Shown piece by piece: positions 52,142-63,183 of a stretch of DNA of 64,000 nucleotides. Location of the stretch: the NCBI GenBank assembly GCA_963663225.1, contig OY760142.1:3040001-3104000 (forward strand), in the 5' to 3' direction. How positions within the stretch are numbered: position 1 is the stretch's first letter; every line of letters starts with the position of its first letter. Origin of the DNA: Nitrospirota bacterium (lineage in GTDB: Bacteria > Nitrospirota > UBA9217). The notes beneath the pieces are model-generated. The model worked only from the letters and a program-made list of their open reading frames with translations. It did not search any database and was not told the DNA's origin. The position numbers were made by a program, and so were the translations under genes.

Positions 52142-53122
52142 TCAGGAACATTTATGCAGGTATGCAACAGCTTCCTTGGCAAAATAAGTCAGTATCATAT
52201 CCGCACCGGCACGCTTGATGGCAATAAGGGATTCCATCATGGCCCGCTCGCCATCCATCCAGCCGAGTTTATCGGCAGCCTTGATCATGGAATACTCGCC
52301 GCTTACGTTGTAAGCTGCGACAGGCAGGCTGAACTGCTGCTTTATCTGGTAGATAATATCCAGATAAGCAAGGGCTGGCTTCACCATCACAATATCCGCC
52401 CCTTCGTCAATGTCAAGAGCCGCTTCCCGAATCGCTTCCCGGCTGTTCGGGGGGTCCATCTGATAAGTGCGTCGATCACCAAATTGCGGCGCACAGTCTG
52501 CAGCGTCTCTAAACGGACCATAGAAGCTGGATGCGTATTTGACCGCATAGGACATAATCGGGACATCATGATAACCGCCGCCGTCCAGCGCAGCGCGAAT
52601 CGCCCCTACTCGTCCGTCCATCATATCGGAAGGAGCGACCATGTCCGCACCCGCTTTGACGTGAGAAACCGCCTCTCTGGCGAGGAGCTCAAGCGTAGCA
52701 TCATTTTGGACCTTGCCGTGCTTAACGATGCCGCAGTGGCCGTGACTTGTGTATTCACAGAGGCAGACGTCCGTAATTACGGTGAGCTCGGGCATCTTGT
52801 GTTTGATGGCTTTGATCGCATGCTGGATAATTCCTTCATCAGAATAAGCTTCGCTCCCAAGCTCATCCTTGTGTTTTGGAATTCCAAACAGAATAACAGC
52901 CGGAATACCGAGTTGCTGGATGTCTTCGCAGTCTTTCACAATATTATCGATGGATTGCTGATATTGACCCGGCATGGACGTGATTTCTTGCTTCACCTCC
53001 CTGCCGTGGGTCACAAAAAGCGGACAAATAAAATCATCCGGCGAGAGTGTTGTTTCCCGAATCATACGCCGCAGATTTTCGTTCAAACGAAGTCTTCTGG
53101 GTCTGAACAGAGGCTGGAACAT
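52142..53122 (-). CDS. hemB: Porphobilinogen synthase (Zn-type)
   Basis: [37 protein letters not shown] and MVKP motifs. Confidence 0.98.
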   Translation of the reverse strand: MFQPLFRPRRLRLNENLRRMIRETTLSPDDFICPLFVTHGREVKQEITSMPGQYQQSIDNIVKDCEDIQQLGIPAVILFGIPKHKDELGSEAYSDEGIIQHAIKAIKHKMPELTVITDVCLCEYTSHGHCGIVKHGKVQNDATLELLAREAVSHVKAGADMVAPSDMMDGRVGAIRAALDGGGYHDVPIMSYAVKYASSFYGPFRDAADCAPQFGDRRTYQMDPPNSREAIREAALDIDEGADIVMVKPALAYLDIIYQIKQQFSLPVAAYNVSGEYSMIKAADKLGWMDGERAMMESLIAIKRAGADMILTYFAKEAVAYLHKCS

Positions 53123-53212
53123 ACCATCTCCTGCAGAGATCAACCAATTACCGGCAAAATAGGCTTAAAAAAAACAGCCTGACATTTAAACAATTGAACA
53201 TACGATTATGCT

Positions 53213-53581
53213 TCACCTGCATCCGCATCCGCCCGAGCTGCAACCGCCGGTTGTGTTATCTGCGTCATCTCCGCAGCCGCAGTTTCCTTCCTGCGAACCG
53301 CCGGGAAAACCAAGAACAAAGCCCGATCCGTGTTCATCGTTTACAAAGTTAAGCTCGGCGCCCTCTAAGGTCTTGGCAGTTGATGCATCAACGAAAACCC
53401 TGGCTCCGTTTTTTTCCACTACCGTGTCGCCGTCTCCTGTTGCTTCATCGATCATGATTTCGTATGACGGGCCACAACACCCGCCATCGGTTGCAACAAC
53501 GCGCAGCGCATGGGTTGGAACGCCTTCGATTTTGAGTATTTCCTTTATTTTATCAGCTGCAATTTCAGTTATTGTTATCAC
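53213..53581 (-). CDS. HesB/IscA-type Fe-S carrier with Cys/Gly-rich tail
   Basis: ITITEIAA, LRV...GGCCGPSY and CGCG motifs, plus tail GGCSSGGCGCR; AGGAGG SD before GTG. Confidence 0.85.
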   Translation of the reverse strand: MITITEIAADKIKEILKIEGVPTHALRVVATDGGCCGPSYEIMIDEATGDGDTVVEKNGARVFVDASTAKTLEGAELNFVNDEHGSGFVLGFPGGSQEGNCGCGDDADNTTGGCSSGGCGCR

Positions 53582-53800
53582 AAAACCTCCTGTTTATCAC
53601 GCTGTTATCGCATGCAAAGCCCCGGAGTCCGGTACTTTCATACGCCTTAAGTTTCCTTTAAACTGAGGAAATCTGTACGGCATTAGCTCTATTGCGTTTC
53701 CTGATATATACTATGTTTCAGGACGTATTTCAAGAAAATTACGTGCAAGAAGGAATGGTGCTCCCGCGTTTATTCAATCCAGTGGTGCATACTTCTGATC

Positions 53801-54730
53801 CTAGCTTTTTCCGTAAACCTCATTCAAGATTGCGTCCGCGCCCCGGGAGAGAAGGTTCTCAGCGAGCGTTGTTCCCAGTTGCTCAACTCTCGCCGGGTCT
53901 CCGATCAAGCTGCCTTTAACAACACGACTGCCGTCCACACTGGCCACCAGTCCCGCAAGATGCACGGTTTCATTCTGCATGTGTGCGTAACATGCGATGG
54001 GAACCTGGCAACCGCCTTCGAGTCTGCGAAGAAGCGCACGTTCGCCCACAATGCAGGCACGGCTGTCTGGATCGTTGAAAAAAGAAAGCAGTTCGTTCAA
54101 TTGGCCGTCCCGTATGCGGCATTCAATGCCGAGGGCTCCCTGGCCTATTGCCGGCAGGCTGATTTCAGTTGATAAGTATTCCGCGACATCCGCTGCAAAT
54201 CCAAGCCGTTTGACGCCGGCTGCCGCAAGAACAATGGCATCGAAATGACCTTCGCGCAATCTTCGTATCCTGGTGTCCACGTTTCCGCGAAGCTGATGGA
54301 TTTGCAGGTCAGGACGGGCATGCATCAGCTGGGCCTGCCGCCGCAAACTGCTCGTGCCTACTTTTGCTCCTTTCGGCAAATCGGAAAATTTCATCCTGTT
54401 TTGAGAAAGCAATGCGTCTCGCGGATCTTCACGTCTTGTTATAGCACCGAGATGGAGACCTTCCGGCAGAGCTGTGGGTACGTCTTTCATGCTGTGCACA
54501 GCTAAATCAATTTCTTCAGCAAAAAGAGCTTCTTCTATTTCCTTTACGAACAATCCCTTGCCGCCGACTTTTGCAAGAGGGACATCGAGTATTTTGTCTC
54601 CTGTGGTCTTGATTCTGACAAGAGAAACGGCAACCTCCGGATATTTTTTCTCAAGCTCCGACTTCACCCATTCTGCCTGCCAAAGCGCCAGCGCGCTTCC
54701 CCGGGTACCGATTTTAATGTGATTTTTCAT
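53801..54730 (-). CDS. hemC: Hydroxymethylbilane synthase
   Basis: IGTRGSALALWQ, AVHSMKDVP, GTSSLRR and LEGGCQVPI motifs. Confidence 0.98.
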   Translation of the reverse strand: MKNHIKIGTRGSALALWQAEWVKSELEKKYPEVAVSLVRIKTTGDKILDVPLAKVGGKGLFVKEIEEALFAEEIDLAVHSMKDVPTALPEGLHLGAITRREDPRDALLSQNRMKFSDLPKGAKVGTSSLRRQAQLMHARPDLQIHQLRGNVDTRIRRLREGHFDAIVLAAAGVKRLGFAADVAEYLSTEISLPAIGQGALGIECRIRDGQLNELLSFFNDPDSRACIVGERALLRRLEGGCQVPIACYAHMQNETVHLAGLVASVDGSRVVKGSLIGDPARVEQLGTTLAENLLSRGADAILNEVYGKS

Positions 54731-56063
54731 TTTTGTCGCTCTCAGATCCGCTTTCCCGGATCGATCCAAAACCTTTTTCGTGCACGTGTTTTTTTAACTT
54801 TTTATCCAGGTTGAATATCCTTCTGACAACGGCGAAAAGGCCGCTGTTTTCCGGATCGGAAGCAGACTGTTTCAAAACTACGATTGGTGCGTGGATAATT
54901 TTATTGACTATCGCCGACGACATGGCTTCAATCAGGTCCCGCTGTTTCTCAGTAATATCACCCAGCTGGGAAAACGTCTTGTCCACTTCTTTTCGCCTGA
55001 TAGTCTCGACTTTTTCACGAAGTTCAACAATGGTAGGAACCGCGTCCAGGGACTGTTCCCATTGCTGGTATGTCTGCACTTCCTGCGCAATGATATGCTC
55101 CGCTTTTTCGGCTTCCTTCGCCCTGCCTTCTCTGTTTAAGTCGACCACACCCTGAAGGTCATCGATGTCAAAGAGAAACACATTGTCTATCTTATTGACC
55201 TCGGGATCGATGTTTCTCGGGACTGAAATGTCGATCATGAAAATCGGCTTATTTCGCCGCGACTTGAGCACCCTGTTCACAATGGCCGGCCCGATGACGA
55301 AGGTCGGGGAACCGGTAGAACAGATGAGGATATCGGCCATGACCATTTCAGACGGGAAATCCTCAAAGTGAACAGCGCTTCCGCAAAGTTCCCGCGCAAG
55401 CTCTACGGCATGTTCGAAAGTACGGTTTGCCACCAGAACGTTCTTAACGCCGTTGTTCTTGAAATGCCGGGCAGCCAATTCTGCCATCACTCCTGCACCG
55501 AGAAGCATAGCGGTTTTTTCTTCGAGATTGCCGAAAATCTTCCGGCTCAGTTCCACTGCCGCAAAACTGACCGATACCGCACTCTCGGCTATTTTGGTTT
55601 CCGTCCGTATGCGCTTGGCAACGGAGATTGATTTTTGAATCAATTTATTCAGCATCATGCCCGTGGTTTTTGTCCGGAGCGCAACATCGAAAGATTCTTT
55701 CAATTGGCCGAGAATCTGCGGTTCCCCCACTACCATAGAGTCAAGGCTTGATGCCACCCGGAAAGCATGACGGATTCCGTCTGCATCAGAATGAATGTAC
55801 AGGGATCGTGCAAGGGAATCAGGAGTAAGATTGTGGTATGACGAAATGAATTGCTTGATTTGGCCTACACCAGCTGCGGCATCATGGACGTATGCGTAAA
55901 TCTCAACTCGATTGCATGTTGAAAGAATAAGAGCTTCACGGATGCTCTCGTAGCGCATAAGGCTCGCGAGGGCTTCCGGCATCATCTCGTTTGGGAACGA
56001 GAGCTTTTCCCGGACCTCTACAGGCGCTGTTTTATGGCTTAGGCCGACGACAACAATGCTCAA
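54714..56063 (-). CDS. hemA: Glutamyl-tRNA reductase
   Basis: GLSHKTAPVEVRE, STCNRVE, LDSMVVGEPQILGQ and DISVPRNI motifs; TTG start. Confidence 0.97.
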   Translation of the reverse strand: MSIVVVGLSHKTAPVEVREKLSFPNEMMPEALASLMRYESIREALILSTCNRVEIYAYVHDAAAGVGQIKQFISSYHNLTPDSLARSLYIHSDADGIRHAFRVASSLDSMVVGEPQILGQLKESFDVALRTKTTGMMLNKLIQKSISVAKRIRTETKIAESAVSVSFAAVELSRKIFGNLEEKTAMLLGAGVMAELAARHFKNNGVKNVLVANRTFEHAVELARELCGSAVHFEDFPSEMVMADILICSTGSPTFVIGPAIVNRVLKSRRNKPIFMIDISVPRNIDPEVNKIDNVFLFDIDDLQGVVDLNREGRAKEAEKAEHIIAQEVQTYQQWEQSLDAVPTIVELREKVETIRRKEVDKTFSQLGDITEKQRDLIEAMSSAIVNKIIHAPIVVLKQSASDPENSGLFAVVRRIFNLDKKLKKHVHEKGFGSIRESGSESDKNEKSH

Positions 56064-56075
56064 TTGAACATCACC

Positions 56076-56888
56076 TTAAAAACCGTGTTTTCCCATCGGG
56101 AGGCGGGTTACTACATAGAAACTGATCAGAACAAAAACAAAACCCAAAATAGAGAGAAATGCCATTTTCCGACCGCGCCATCCTACCGTACGGAGATGGA
56201 GAAGGACAAGGTAAACGACCCAAGTAACAAGAGACGATGTCTCTTTCGGGTCCCAGTTCCAGTAGGTTCCCCACGCACTGTTGGCCCAAATAGAACCGCT
56301 CACGATGCCGAGCGTAAACAGCGGCCATCCAAAGGTTAAGGCACGATATGCAAGCGTATCCATGAGCTCGAGAGAAGGAAGCCGATGGAAGAAAACGCCT
56401 CTGCTCTTTGCTTTGAGTTGGCGTTCCTGGATAAGGTACATAATTGAAACAATGCAGGAAAAAGCAAATGCAGCGTCTCCGAGAACCGACAAGCTTGTAT
56501 GGACACCCAGCCAGCCGCTTTTCAACAACGGATTAAGCTCCCGTATCTCTCCGGATGAGGCAAGTGCGGGAATCATAAGCAGAATCACCAGCGGCAGCAG
56601 GAAGGAGCCGAGGGCGGCAATTTTGAAGCGCAGTTCCAAAAATAGAAACACCAGAACAATTCCCATGCCGAGAAAGCTTGATGCCTCAAAGAAGTTGGTG
56701 ATAGGAAGCCGCCCGGATTCAAACCATCGAACACCAAAAAATCCAAGGTGGAGCAAAAAACCGCATGCAGCGCACCAAAAAGACACTCTTGCTGTCCACG
56801 AGAGACCGGGCCTCATGATAAACGCAATATATCCTGCGGCCGCAAGCACGTATGCGCATATTGCTGTGTAGAAAAAATAGAGGTTCAT
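56076..56888 (-). CDS. ccsA: Cytochrome c assembly/heme export membrane protein (CcsA/HemX family)
   Basis: Multi-TM protein with WWD-type motif GSIWANSAWGTYWNWDPKET. Confidence 0.88.
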   Translation of the reverse strand: MNLYFFYTAICAYVLAAAGYIAFIMRPGLSWTARVSFWCAACGFLLHLGFFGVRWFESGRLPITNFFEASSFLGMGIVLVFLFLELRFKIAALGSFLLPLVILLMIPALASSGEIRELNPLLKSGWLGVHTSLSVLGDAAFAFSCIVSIMYLIQERQLKAKSRGVFFHRLPSLELMDTLAYRALTFGWPLFTLGIVSGSIWANSAWGTYWNWDPKETSSLVTWVVYLVLLHLRTVGWRGRKMAFLSILGFVFVLISFYVVTRLPMGKHGF

Positions 56889-57035
56889 ACCATTATACCT
56901 CTGAATCATTGGTGCAAAGACTGTTACGTCAACCGACGCTGACGGGAAATAAGAGGGAGAAACGGACACTTGTTTCGGACAAACAGCGTTTTACATCAGC
57001 AAATACATGCTAGATGATATCTTGCCGCTTCTTTT

Positions 57036-57716
57036 TTACACCGGTTCGAATTTGCCTTCTGACATTCTCAGCACCCGGTCCGCACGAACTGCAAGTTTGT
57101 CATTGTGGGTTACCACTACAAACGTTATCTTTTTCTGTTTATTGACGGTACAGAGAAGGTCATGAATTGCTTCGCCGGTATGAGCGTCAAGGTTCCCGGT
57201 CGGTTCATCAGCCAGCACCACATCCGGGTTCAGAACAAGTGCCCTGGCGACCGCCACACGCTGCTGTTCTCCGCCCGAAAGCTCTCCCGGGCGATGATGC
57301 AGGCGGCCGCTGAGCCCTACATCGCTGAGAATTTTTGATGCTGACTCCATCGCTGTTTTCTGATCGGTTCTTCGGATAAGGGCCGGCAGCATGACATTTT
57401 CAAGTGCTGAAAATTCAGGAAGGAGATGGTGAAACTGAAACACAAACCCCACCCGTTCATTTCGAAAGCCAGCCAGTTTATTGTTGGTCAGATTGAAGAC
57501 ATCCACGTCTCCATAATGGACCGTGCCTGCTGTTGGACGATCAAGCGCACCTACGATATGGAGGAATGTGCTTTTCCCGACGCCGGAAGCCCCTACAATG
57601 GCAAGCAACTCCCCCTTATGGATGGTAAGATCTATATCATCCAGAACATGCAGAGGCTCCGGTCCGCTCATAAAAGTTTTTTTGAGCTTGCGAATATGGA
57701 TAAGAGGCTGTGTTAT
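57036..57716 (-). CDS. lolD: Lipoprotein-releasing ABC transporter ATPase LolD (probable AUA start)
   Basis: GASGVGKST, GFVFQFHHLL (LolD motif), LSGGEQQR and ADEPTGNLD; the frame is open 15 codons upstream of ATG 57671 to an ATA at 57716. Confidence 0.9.
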   Translation of the reverse strand: MTQPLIHIRKLKKTFMSGPEPLHVLDDIDLTIHKGELLAIVGASGVGKSTFLHIVGALDRPTAGTVHYGDVDVFNLTNNKLAGFRNERVGFVFQFHHLLPEFSALENVMLPALIRRTDQKTAMESASKILSDVGLSGRLHHRPGELSGGEQQRVAVARALVLNPDVVLADEPTGNLDAHTGEAIHDLLCTVNKQKKITFVVVTHNDKLAVRADRVLRMSEGKFEPV

Positions 57717-57949
57717 TTTTTATCTCCCTGTTTAATGGTGTCAATGCCTTTTTCAACGCCTTTTTCAATAGTCGCGGCTTTTTTCTGCATGTCCTGTTTT
57801 ACTTCTTCCGCTTTTTTGCCCGCGCCGGTTATCCAGTGGCCGGCCTCTTTCAAAAGACCACCTCCGCCCAGAAGGATAAAAACAACTATTGCTAATGCCA
57901 GCAGTATTACGACGAGTAAAACTTTTTTGAAACCATCTTTCTGTGCCAT
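57713..57949 (-). CDS. Small single-TM hypothetical protein
   Basis: 78 aa; strong AGGAGG SD; one TM helix and a charged amphipathic C-terminus. Confidence 0.75.
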   Translation of the reverse strand: MAQKDGFKKVLLVVILLALAIVVFILLGGGGLLKEAGHWITGAGKKAEEVKQDMQKKAATIEKGVEKGIDTIKQGDKK

Positions 57950-57989
57950 AGCAGCCTCCTATTTAGATGAACTGTGTGTATGATCTTTT

Positions 57990-59225
57990 TTATTCATATC
58001 TCAGTATTTCCACGGGGTCTTGTTTTGCCGCCTGCCAAGAAGGATACAGAGTGGCAAGGAAACTGATTCCCAATGCGGTCAACGCAATAAGAAAAACGTC
58101 CATGCTCGAAATGGAAAGCGGCAAATGGCTTACCTGATACACGTCCTTGGGAAGCGTAATCAAGTCAGTTTTGATAACGAGTGTTACTGCGCCATAGCCG
58201 ATTATCGTTCCCAATGCCGTTCCTACAGCGCCGATCGTCAGGCCGGCGAATATAAATATTTTCATTATACTCGGCGCAGGAGCTCCCATGGATTTCATAA
58301 TTGCGATTTCGCGGTTTTTCTCCATTACAATCATCGTTAAAGTCCCAATGATATTAAAGGAGGCAACCACAATGATTACGACGAGAATAAGAGACATTCC
58401 GATTTTTTCAAGCAAAAGAGCAGAGAAAAAATTCTTATTCATCTCCATCCAGTTCCGCGTATAATAGGGATATCCGACGGTTGCTTGTATCTTTTTCGAA
58501 ATCGTGTCTGCATGATAGACATCGTCCACACGCACCTGGATGCCGCTTACACGGCCCTGCATATCAAAAAATTTTTGTGCATCTGGAATGGCGATATATA
58601 CAAACCCGGTGTTGTAGTCGTACATTCCTGCATCGAACAAACCGGCAAGTTCGAATTTTCTCATCTTCGGCACAATTCCAATGGGTGTTTCTTCCCCGAG
58701 CGGATTCACCATGGTAATAGTGTCTCCGATTGATGCTCCCAGTTTGCGGGCAAGGTCTTCACCTATGACAATGCCGGGAAATTTTCTTCCTGCTTTTTCC
58801 AAGTCGGCAAGGGAACCTACTGTCATATTTTTTGCAAGATCGGTCACCGAACCTTCGGATTTCGGATCAATGCCGCGCACCACAACTCCCTGCATCCTCT
58901 CTCGCGTGGTCACCATGGACTGGCCATAGACAAACGGTGTAGTTGCCTTGACATGTGGGATTTGTTCGACCTTTTTCTGCAAAGATTCCTTGTCCTGTAC
59001 ACCCGACCCGGTATACTCCATAACTACGATATGGGGCATGGCGGAAAGGATTTTATCTTTGAAATACCCCTGGAAGCCTGTCATGACCGCAAGGGTAATG
59101 ATAGATGTGGCAACACCGATAACGACACCGGCAATGGATATGAATGTATTAAGTGAAACGGTCCCATATCGTTTTTTTGTCTTCAGATACCGCAGACTGA
59201 CAAATATTTCATATGGAAATTTCAT
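57990..59225 (-). CDS. Lipoprotein-releasing ABC transporter permease LolC/E
   Basis: LRYL, ISIAGVVIGV...LAVMTGF, VASFNI...EK.REIAIMKSMGA and LATLYPSWQAA..DPVEILRYE motifs. Confidence 0.93.
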   Translation of the reverse strand: MKFPYEIFVSLRYLKTKKRYGTVSLNTFISIAGVVIGVATSIITLAVMTGFQGYFKDKILSAMPHIVVMEYTGSGVQDKESLQKKVEQIPHVKATTPFVYGQSMVTTRERMQGVVVRGIDPKSEGSVTDLAKNMTVGSLADLEKAGRKFPGIVIGEDLARKLGASIGDTITMVNPLGEETPIGIVPKMRKFELAGLFDAGMYDYNTGFVYIAIPDAQKFFDMQGRVSGIQVRVDDVYHADTISKKIQATVGYPYYTRNWMEMNKNFFSALLLEKIGMSLILVVIIVVASFNIIGTLTMIVMEKNREIAIMKSMGAPAPSIMKIFIFAGLTIGAVGTALGTIIGYGAVTLVIKTDLITLPKDVYQVSHLPLSISSMDVFLIALTALGISFLATLYPSWQAAKQDPVEILRYE

Positions 59226-59289
59226 GTTTTTTGTATGAGCTCAGCGCATTGAGAGCAGTGAGCAGTCATTCCGTTCCGTGTTTTGAGCA

Positions 59290-60768
59290 CTATTTTTCTT
59301 TCTTCATTTGCGGAAAAAGAATCACATCGCGGATGGAGCTTGAGCCGGTGAGCAGCATCACCAAACGGTCTATGCCGATGCCTTCGCCTGCCGCCGGTGG
59401 CATGCCGTATTCAAGGGCGCGGATAAAGTCCTCATCCATGTGGTGAGCCTCTTCATCTCCTGCTTCACGTTCAGACACCTGCTTGAGAAAACGCTCCTTC
59501 TGGTCTAACGGATCGTTTAATTCTGAAAAAGCATTCGCAATCTCCCTGCCGACGATGAACAATTCGAAGCGCTCGACAAAATCAGGATTGTCATCCCGCT
59601 TTTTCGACAAAGGAGAGATGTCCGTCGGATAATCAGTGACAAACGTCGGTTGTATGAGTTTCGGTTCCACCAGCGCTTCAAACAGCTCGTTGAGAAGTTT
59701 GCCGAGCGGCTCACCGCCCTTTAAATGCGCGCCCAGCTTTCTTGCATAATCAGCTGCCTTATCGGCATTTTCCAGGACGTCATCCGGAACGCCGGCCTCC
59801 CGCAGCGCATCCATATAGGTGATGCGTTTCCAGGGAGCAGCAAGACTGATGGTATGCCCCTCGAAATTCACCGTCGTGGTGCCCAGCACATCCTTTGCAA
59901 TAGTGCTGATCATGTTCTCGGTCATGTCCAGCAAATCACGATAATCGGCATAGGCAGTATAAAATTCCAGCATGGTGAATTCCGGATTATGGCGTGTAGA
60001 AATGCCTTCATTTCTGAAATTACGGTTTATCTCATACACTTTTTCGAAGCCGCCGACCAGCAACCGTTTGAGATAGAGCTCCGGCGCAATGCGGAGATAA
60101 AGATCCATATCCAGGGCGTTGTGGTGCGTTTTAAAGGGGCGTGCGGTAGCGCCTCCGGGAATGGACTGCATCATGGGCGTTTCCACTTCGAGATAACCGC
60201 GATCGTTCAGAAATTTCCTTATTGCCTGAATAATCCTGGTACGCGCAATAAAGACCTGTTTTACTTCCGGATTTACTATGAGATCGACATACCGTTGCCG
60301 ATAGCGGAGTTCGACGTCCGTAAGGCCGTGCCATTTTTCAGGCAAGGGCCGCAACGATTTGGACAAGAGCGTGAAACCTTCGACGTCAATCGTCAACTCA
60401 TTGGTTTTGGTGCGGAAAAGAAAACCCTTTATTCCAATGAAATCGCCGATGTCGAGCTTTTTAAAAAGTGCATACCGGTCGTCGCCAAGCGTGTTTTTCT
60501 GATAATAGATCTGAATCTTACCGGTGCCGTCTTGAATATGGCTGAAACCAGCCTTACCGAAGCTCCGCATGGCAACAATTCGTCCCGCGACCGTGACTTC
60601 GGTCCGTTTGGTTTCCAGCTCTTCTTTTGTGGCCTCACCGTAAGTGTCAATCAGCATCTGCGCCGATTGAGTAACTATAAATTTTCCTGCATAGGGTTGA
60701 ACACCCATCGCACTGATCTCTGCAAGTTTTTTAAAACGCTGCTGGACCAGTTCGTTATAATCTTCCAT
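59290..60768 (-). CDS. lysS: Lysine--tRNA ligase (class II)
   Basis: [36 protein letters not shown] and GIGIDRL motifs. Confidence 0.98.
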   Translation of the reverse strand: MEDYNELVQQRFKKLAEISAMGVQPYAGKFIVTQSAQMLIDTYGEATKEELETKRTEVTVAGRIVAMRSFGKAGFSHIQDGTGKIQIYYQKNTLGDDRYALFKKLDIGDFIGIKGFLFRTKTNELTIDVEGFTLLSKSLRPLPEKWHGLTDVELRYRQRYVDLIVNPEVKQVFIARTRIIQAIRKFLNDRGYLEVETPMMQSIPGGATARPFKTHHNALDMDLYLRIAPELYLKRLLVGGFEKVYEINRNFRNEGISTRHNPEFTMLEFYTAYADYRDLLDMTENMISTIAKDVLGTTTVNFEGHTISLAAPWKRITYMDALREAGVPDDVLENADKAADYARKLGAHLKGGEPLGKLLNELFEALVEPKLIQPTFVTDYPTDISPLSKKRDDNPDFVERFELFIVGREIANAFSELNDPLDQKERFLKQVSEREAGDEEAHHMDEDFIRALEYGMPPAAGEGIGIDRLVMLLTGSSSIRDVILFPQMKKEK

Positions 60769-60919
60769 GGAAATTCCATCCTTCGAAATTAGTTTACAAA
60801 AACCGTTTAGAAATAGGTAATCTCTTCAAAAAAAAATCCTGATATTTTGCTTTTGCACAATCGGCAGTATTAACAGCGCTCTCAAGACCGGGGCTTTTGC
60901 GTCTGCAGCAAAAAAATGC

Positions 60920-61804
60920 TTATCCCATAAGCATGCTGAGCACTTCAAGGTATTTTTCGGTTGTCTTCGTTACGACGTTTTCAGGAAGCACCGGTGCAGG
61001 GGGCTGCTGGTTCCACTTGATCGAAAGCAGATAGTCTCTGACGAACTGCTTGTCAAAGCTTTTCTGCACCACCCCTTCCTCATAATCATGCTGAGGCCAG
61101 AATCGCGAAGAATCCGGCGTCAGTACTTCATCGATTAAGATTACTTCATTATCAAACAGGCCGAACTCCAGCTTTGTATCAGCGATAATAATTCCTTTCG
61201 GTTCGGCGAGCTCGCATGCTTTTTTATAAACGGCGAGTGTATATTTTTTTATCTCATCCGCAATTTTTGATCCGACAAGCTTGACGACTGCATCGAAATC
61301 GATATTGACATCGTGTTCGCCGACATCTGCCTTGGTCGATGGCGTAAAAATCGGCTCCGGAAGTCGTGATGCTTCACGAAGGCCTGACGGCAATTTGATT
61401 CCACTCACTGTACCGGTGGATTGGTATTCCTTAAGGCCGGAGCCGGTAAGATAGCCGCGGACAATACATTCGACCGGCAACGGTTGTGATTTTTTTACAA
61501 GCATGCTTCTTTCTTCGAGTATCGCAGCATGCGGCCTGCACTCCTTGGGAAGATCTTTTATCTCGGTCGAAATCAAGTGGTTTTTTACAATATTCTCCGT
61601 TTTGGAAAACCAGTATTTCGATATCTGAGTGAGCACCCGGCCTTTCTCGGGAATGGCATTTGGAAGAACCACGTCGAATGCCGAAATTCTGTCTGTGGCC
61701 ACAATGAGCAGCGCGTCGCCCAAGTCGTAAATATCGCGAACCTTGCCTCGCTTCGGCGGCTTTAACCCCGGTAAATTAGTCTGCAGTACCAATGGCATTG
61801 TCAT
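60920..61804 (-). CDS. purC: SAICAR synthetase
   Basis: [30 protein letters not shown] and [12 protein letters not shown] motifs. Confidence 0.97.
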   Translation of the reverse strand: MTMPLVLQTNLPGLKPPKRGKVRDIYDLGDALLIVATDRISAFDVVLPNAIPEKGRVLTQISKYWFSKTENIVKNHLISTEIKDLPKECRPHAAILEERSMLVKKSQPLPVECIVRGYLTGSGLKEYQSTGTVSGIKLPSGLREASRLPEPIFTPSTKADVGEHDVNIDFDAVVKLVGSKIADEIKKYTLAVYKKACELAEPKGIIIADTKLEFGLFDNEVILIDEVLTPDSSRFWPQHDYEEGVVQKSFDKQFVRDYLLSIKWNQQPPAPVLPENVVTKTTEKYLEVLSMLMG

Positions 61805-63119
61805 GTTTCTCTTTCTCCTTGCTTTCTTCAGTTGAATATTTTAGTACCCGAATACGTGAAATGCGGTTTTTCCGCAGTCTGAGTACGGTAAACATGAGGT
61901 CGTGATACCGTATCTGGTCGCCTTCCGAGGGCAATCTCCCGAATACCCCTAAAACGAATCCACCGATTGTCTCGAATTCATCTTCCGGGAGGCTTACCCC
62001 CAGTCGTGCGTTTACTTTGTCGATATTTGTCCGGCCGTCGATAATATACCGGTTGGCCGCAATTTCTTCGATTTCGCGAAGTTCTTTTTCTTTTTCATCC
62101 CTGATATCACCAATGATCTCTTCGATAAGATCTTCCATGGCAACCAAACCGTCCGTTCCACCGTACTCGTCTCCCACGAGCGCAAGATGGATCCGCTTTT
62201 CCCGCATCTCTCTCAGCAAGACGCTCACATTCTTATTCGGAGGTACAATATAGGGTTTTCGAAGTACGTTTTCAAGCTGGAAAGGCTTGTTTTCAATATG
62301 CAGCGACAGGATATCTTTCAGATAGACTACCCCGATGACGTTGTCGATGTTTTCTGTATAAACCGGCAACCGGGAAAAGCCTTTTTCGTTCATGGTCCGA
62401 AGAATCGTGTCAATATCGCTGTTCGATTCCACCGCAACAATTTCAGTGCGCGGTATCATTACCTCCTTCACCATCGTGTCAGTGAACTTGAACACGCTGT
62501 GAATTAAGTCTTCTTCAGAAGAGTCGAAAATACCGCTCTTACGTCCTTCCCGGATGAGATATTTAACCTCGTCTTCTGATATAAGAGCAGGTTCTTTTTG
62601 CCCCTGTGAAGCAAATATTCTGAGTACAACATTGTTCGAGACGGTGAGCATGCGCAGAACCCACCGAAATGCTTTCGACAGAACATCAATAAAGGGCGCC
62701 GTAGAAAATGCAATCTGCTCGGAATACCGGATCGCAAGAGATTTTGGCACGAGCTCTCCTGCAACAAGGGTAATATACGTAATACACGTCACTACTAAGC
62801 CGAGAGAGATCGGTTCTGCCGCTTTCCTTATAAAGTCTATGGGAACAGATTGCAAAATTGGTTTGAGCTGCTCGATTGCAATCACGCCGCCCAATGCGGA
62901 AGCAAGCGTTCCTACTAACGTTACTCCAATCTGCACAGTAGCGAGAAAGCGTTCCGGTTCTTCCTGCAGTTTTTGTACGCGTCTTGCGGGCTCACTGCCG
63001 TTCTTGACAAGATGGCGTACTCTGCTTTTCCGAAGAGAAATCAGCGCTATTTCAGATGATGCGAAGAAAGCATTTACAAGAATCAGAAAAAAGATAAAGA
63101 GTAGTTCGATAAATAGCAT
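61776..63119 (-). CDS. CNNM/CorB-type (hemolysin family) membrane protein with CBS and CorC domains
   Basis: [36 protein letters not shown]...EDLIEEIIG and TIGG motifs. Confidence 0.92.
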   Translation of the reverse strand: MLFIELLFIFFLILVNAFFASSEIALISLRKSRVRHLVKNGSEPARRVQKLQEEPERFLATVQIGVTLVGTLASALGGVIAIEQLKPILQSVPIDFIRKAAEPISLGLVVTCITYITLVAGELVPKSLAIRYSEQIAFSTAPFIDVLSKAFRWVLRMLTVSNNVVLRIFASQGQKEPALISEDEVKYLIREGRKSGIFDSSEEDLIHSVFKFTDTMVKEVMIPRTEIVAVESNSDIDTILRTMNEKGFSRLPVYTENIDNVIGVVYLKDILSLHIENKPFQLENVLRKPYIVPPNKNVSVLLREMREKRIHLALVGDEYGGTDGLVAMEDLIEEIIGDIRDEKEKELREIEEIAANRYIIDGRTNIDKVNARLGVSLPEDEFETIGGFVLGVFGRLPSEGDQIRYHDLMFTVLRLRKNRISRIRVLKYSTEESKEKEKHDNAIGTAD

Positions 63120-63183
63120 ATTTATCAAAAAGTAGTGGGACGATGAAACAATTCTTCAATCCTGCCGTTGCTCTGATACAGCT

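Noticed and set aside
52154-53182. 342-aa plus-strand ORF
   Set aside because: Antisense shadow of hemB.
53186-53581. HesB-like selenoprotein through UGA readthrough
   Set aside because: The redox motif is encoded as Cys-Cys. The terminal TGA follows a complete domain, readthrough adds only a few residues, and no SECIS-like hairpin is evident.
59725-60792. 355-aa plus-strand ORF
   Set aside because: Antisense shadow of lysS.
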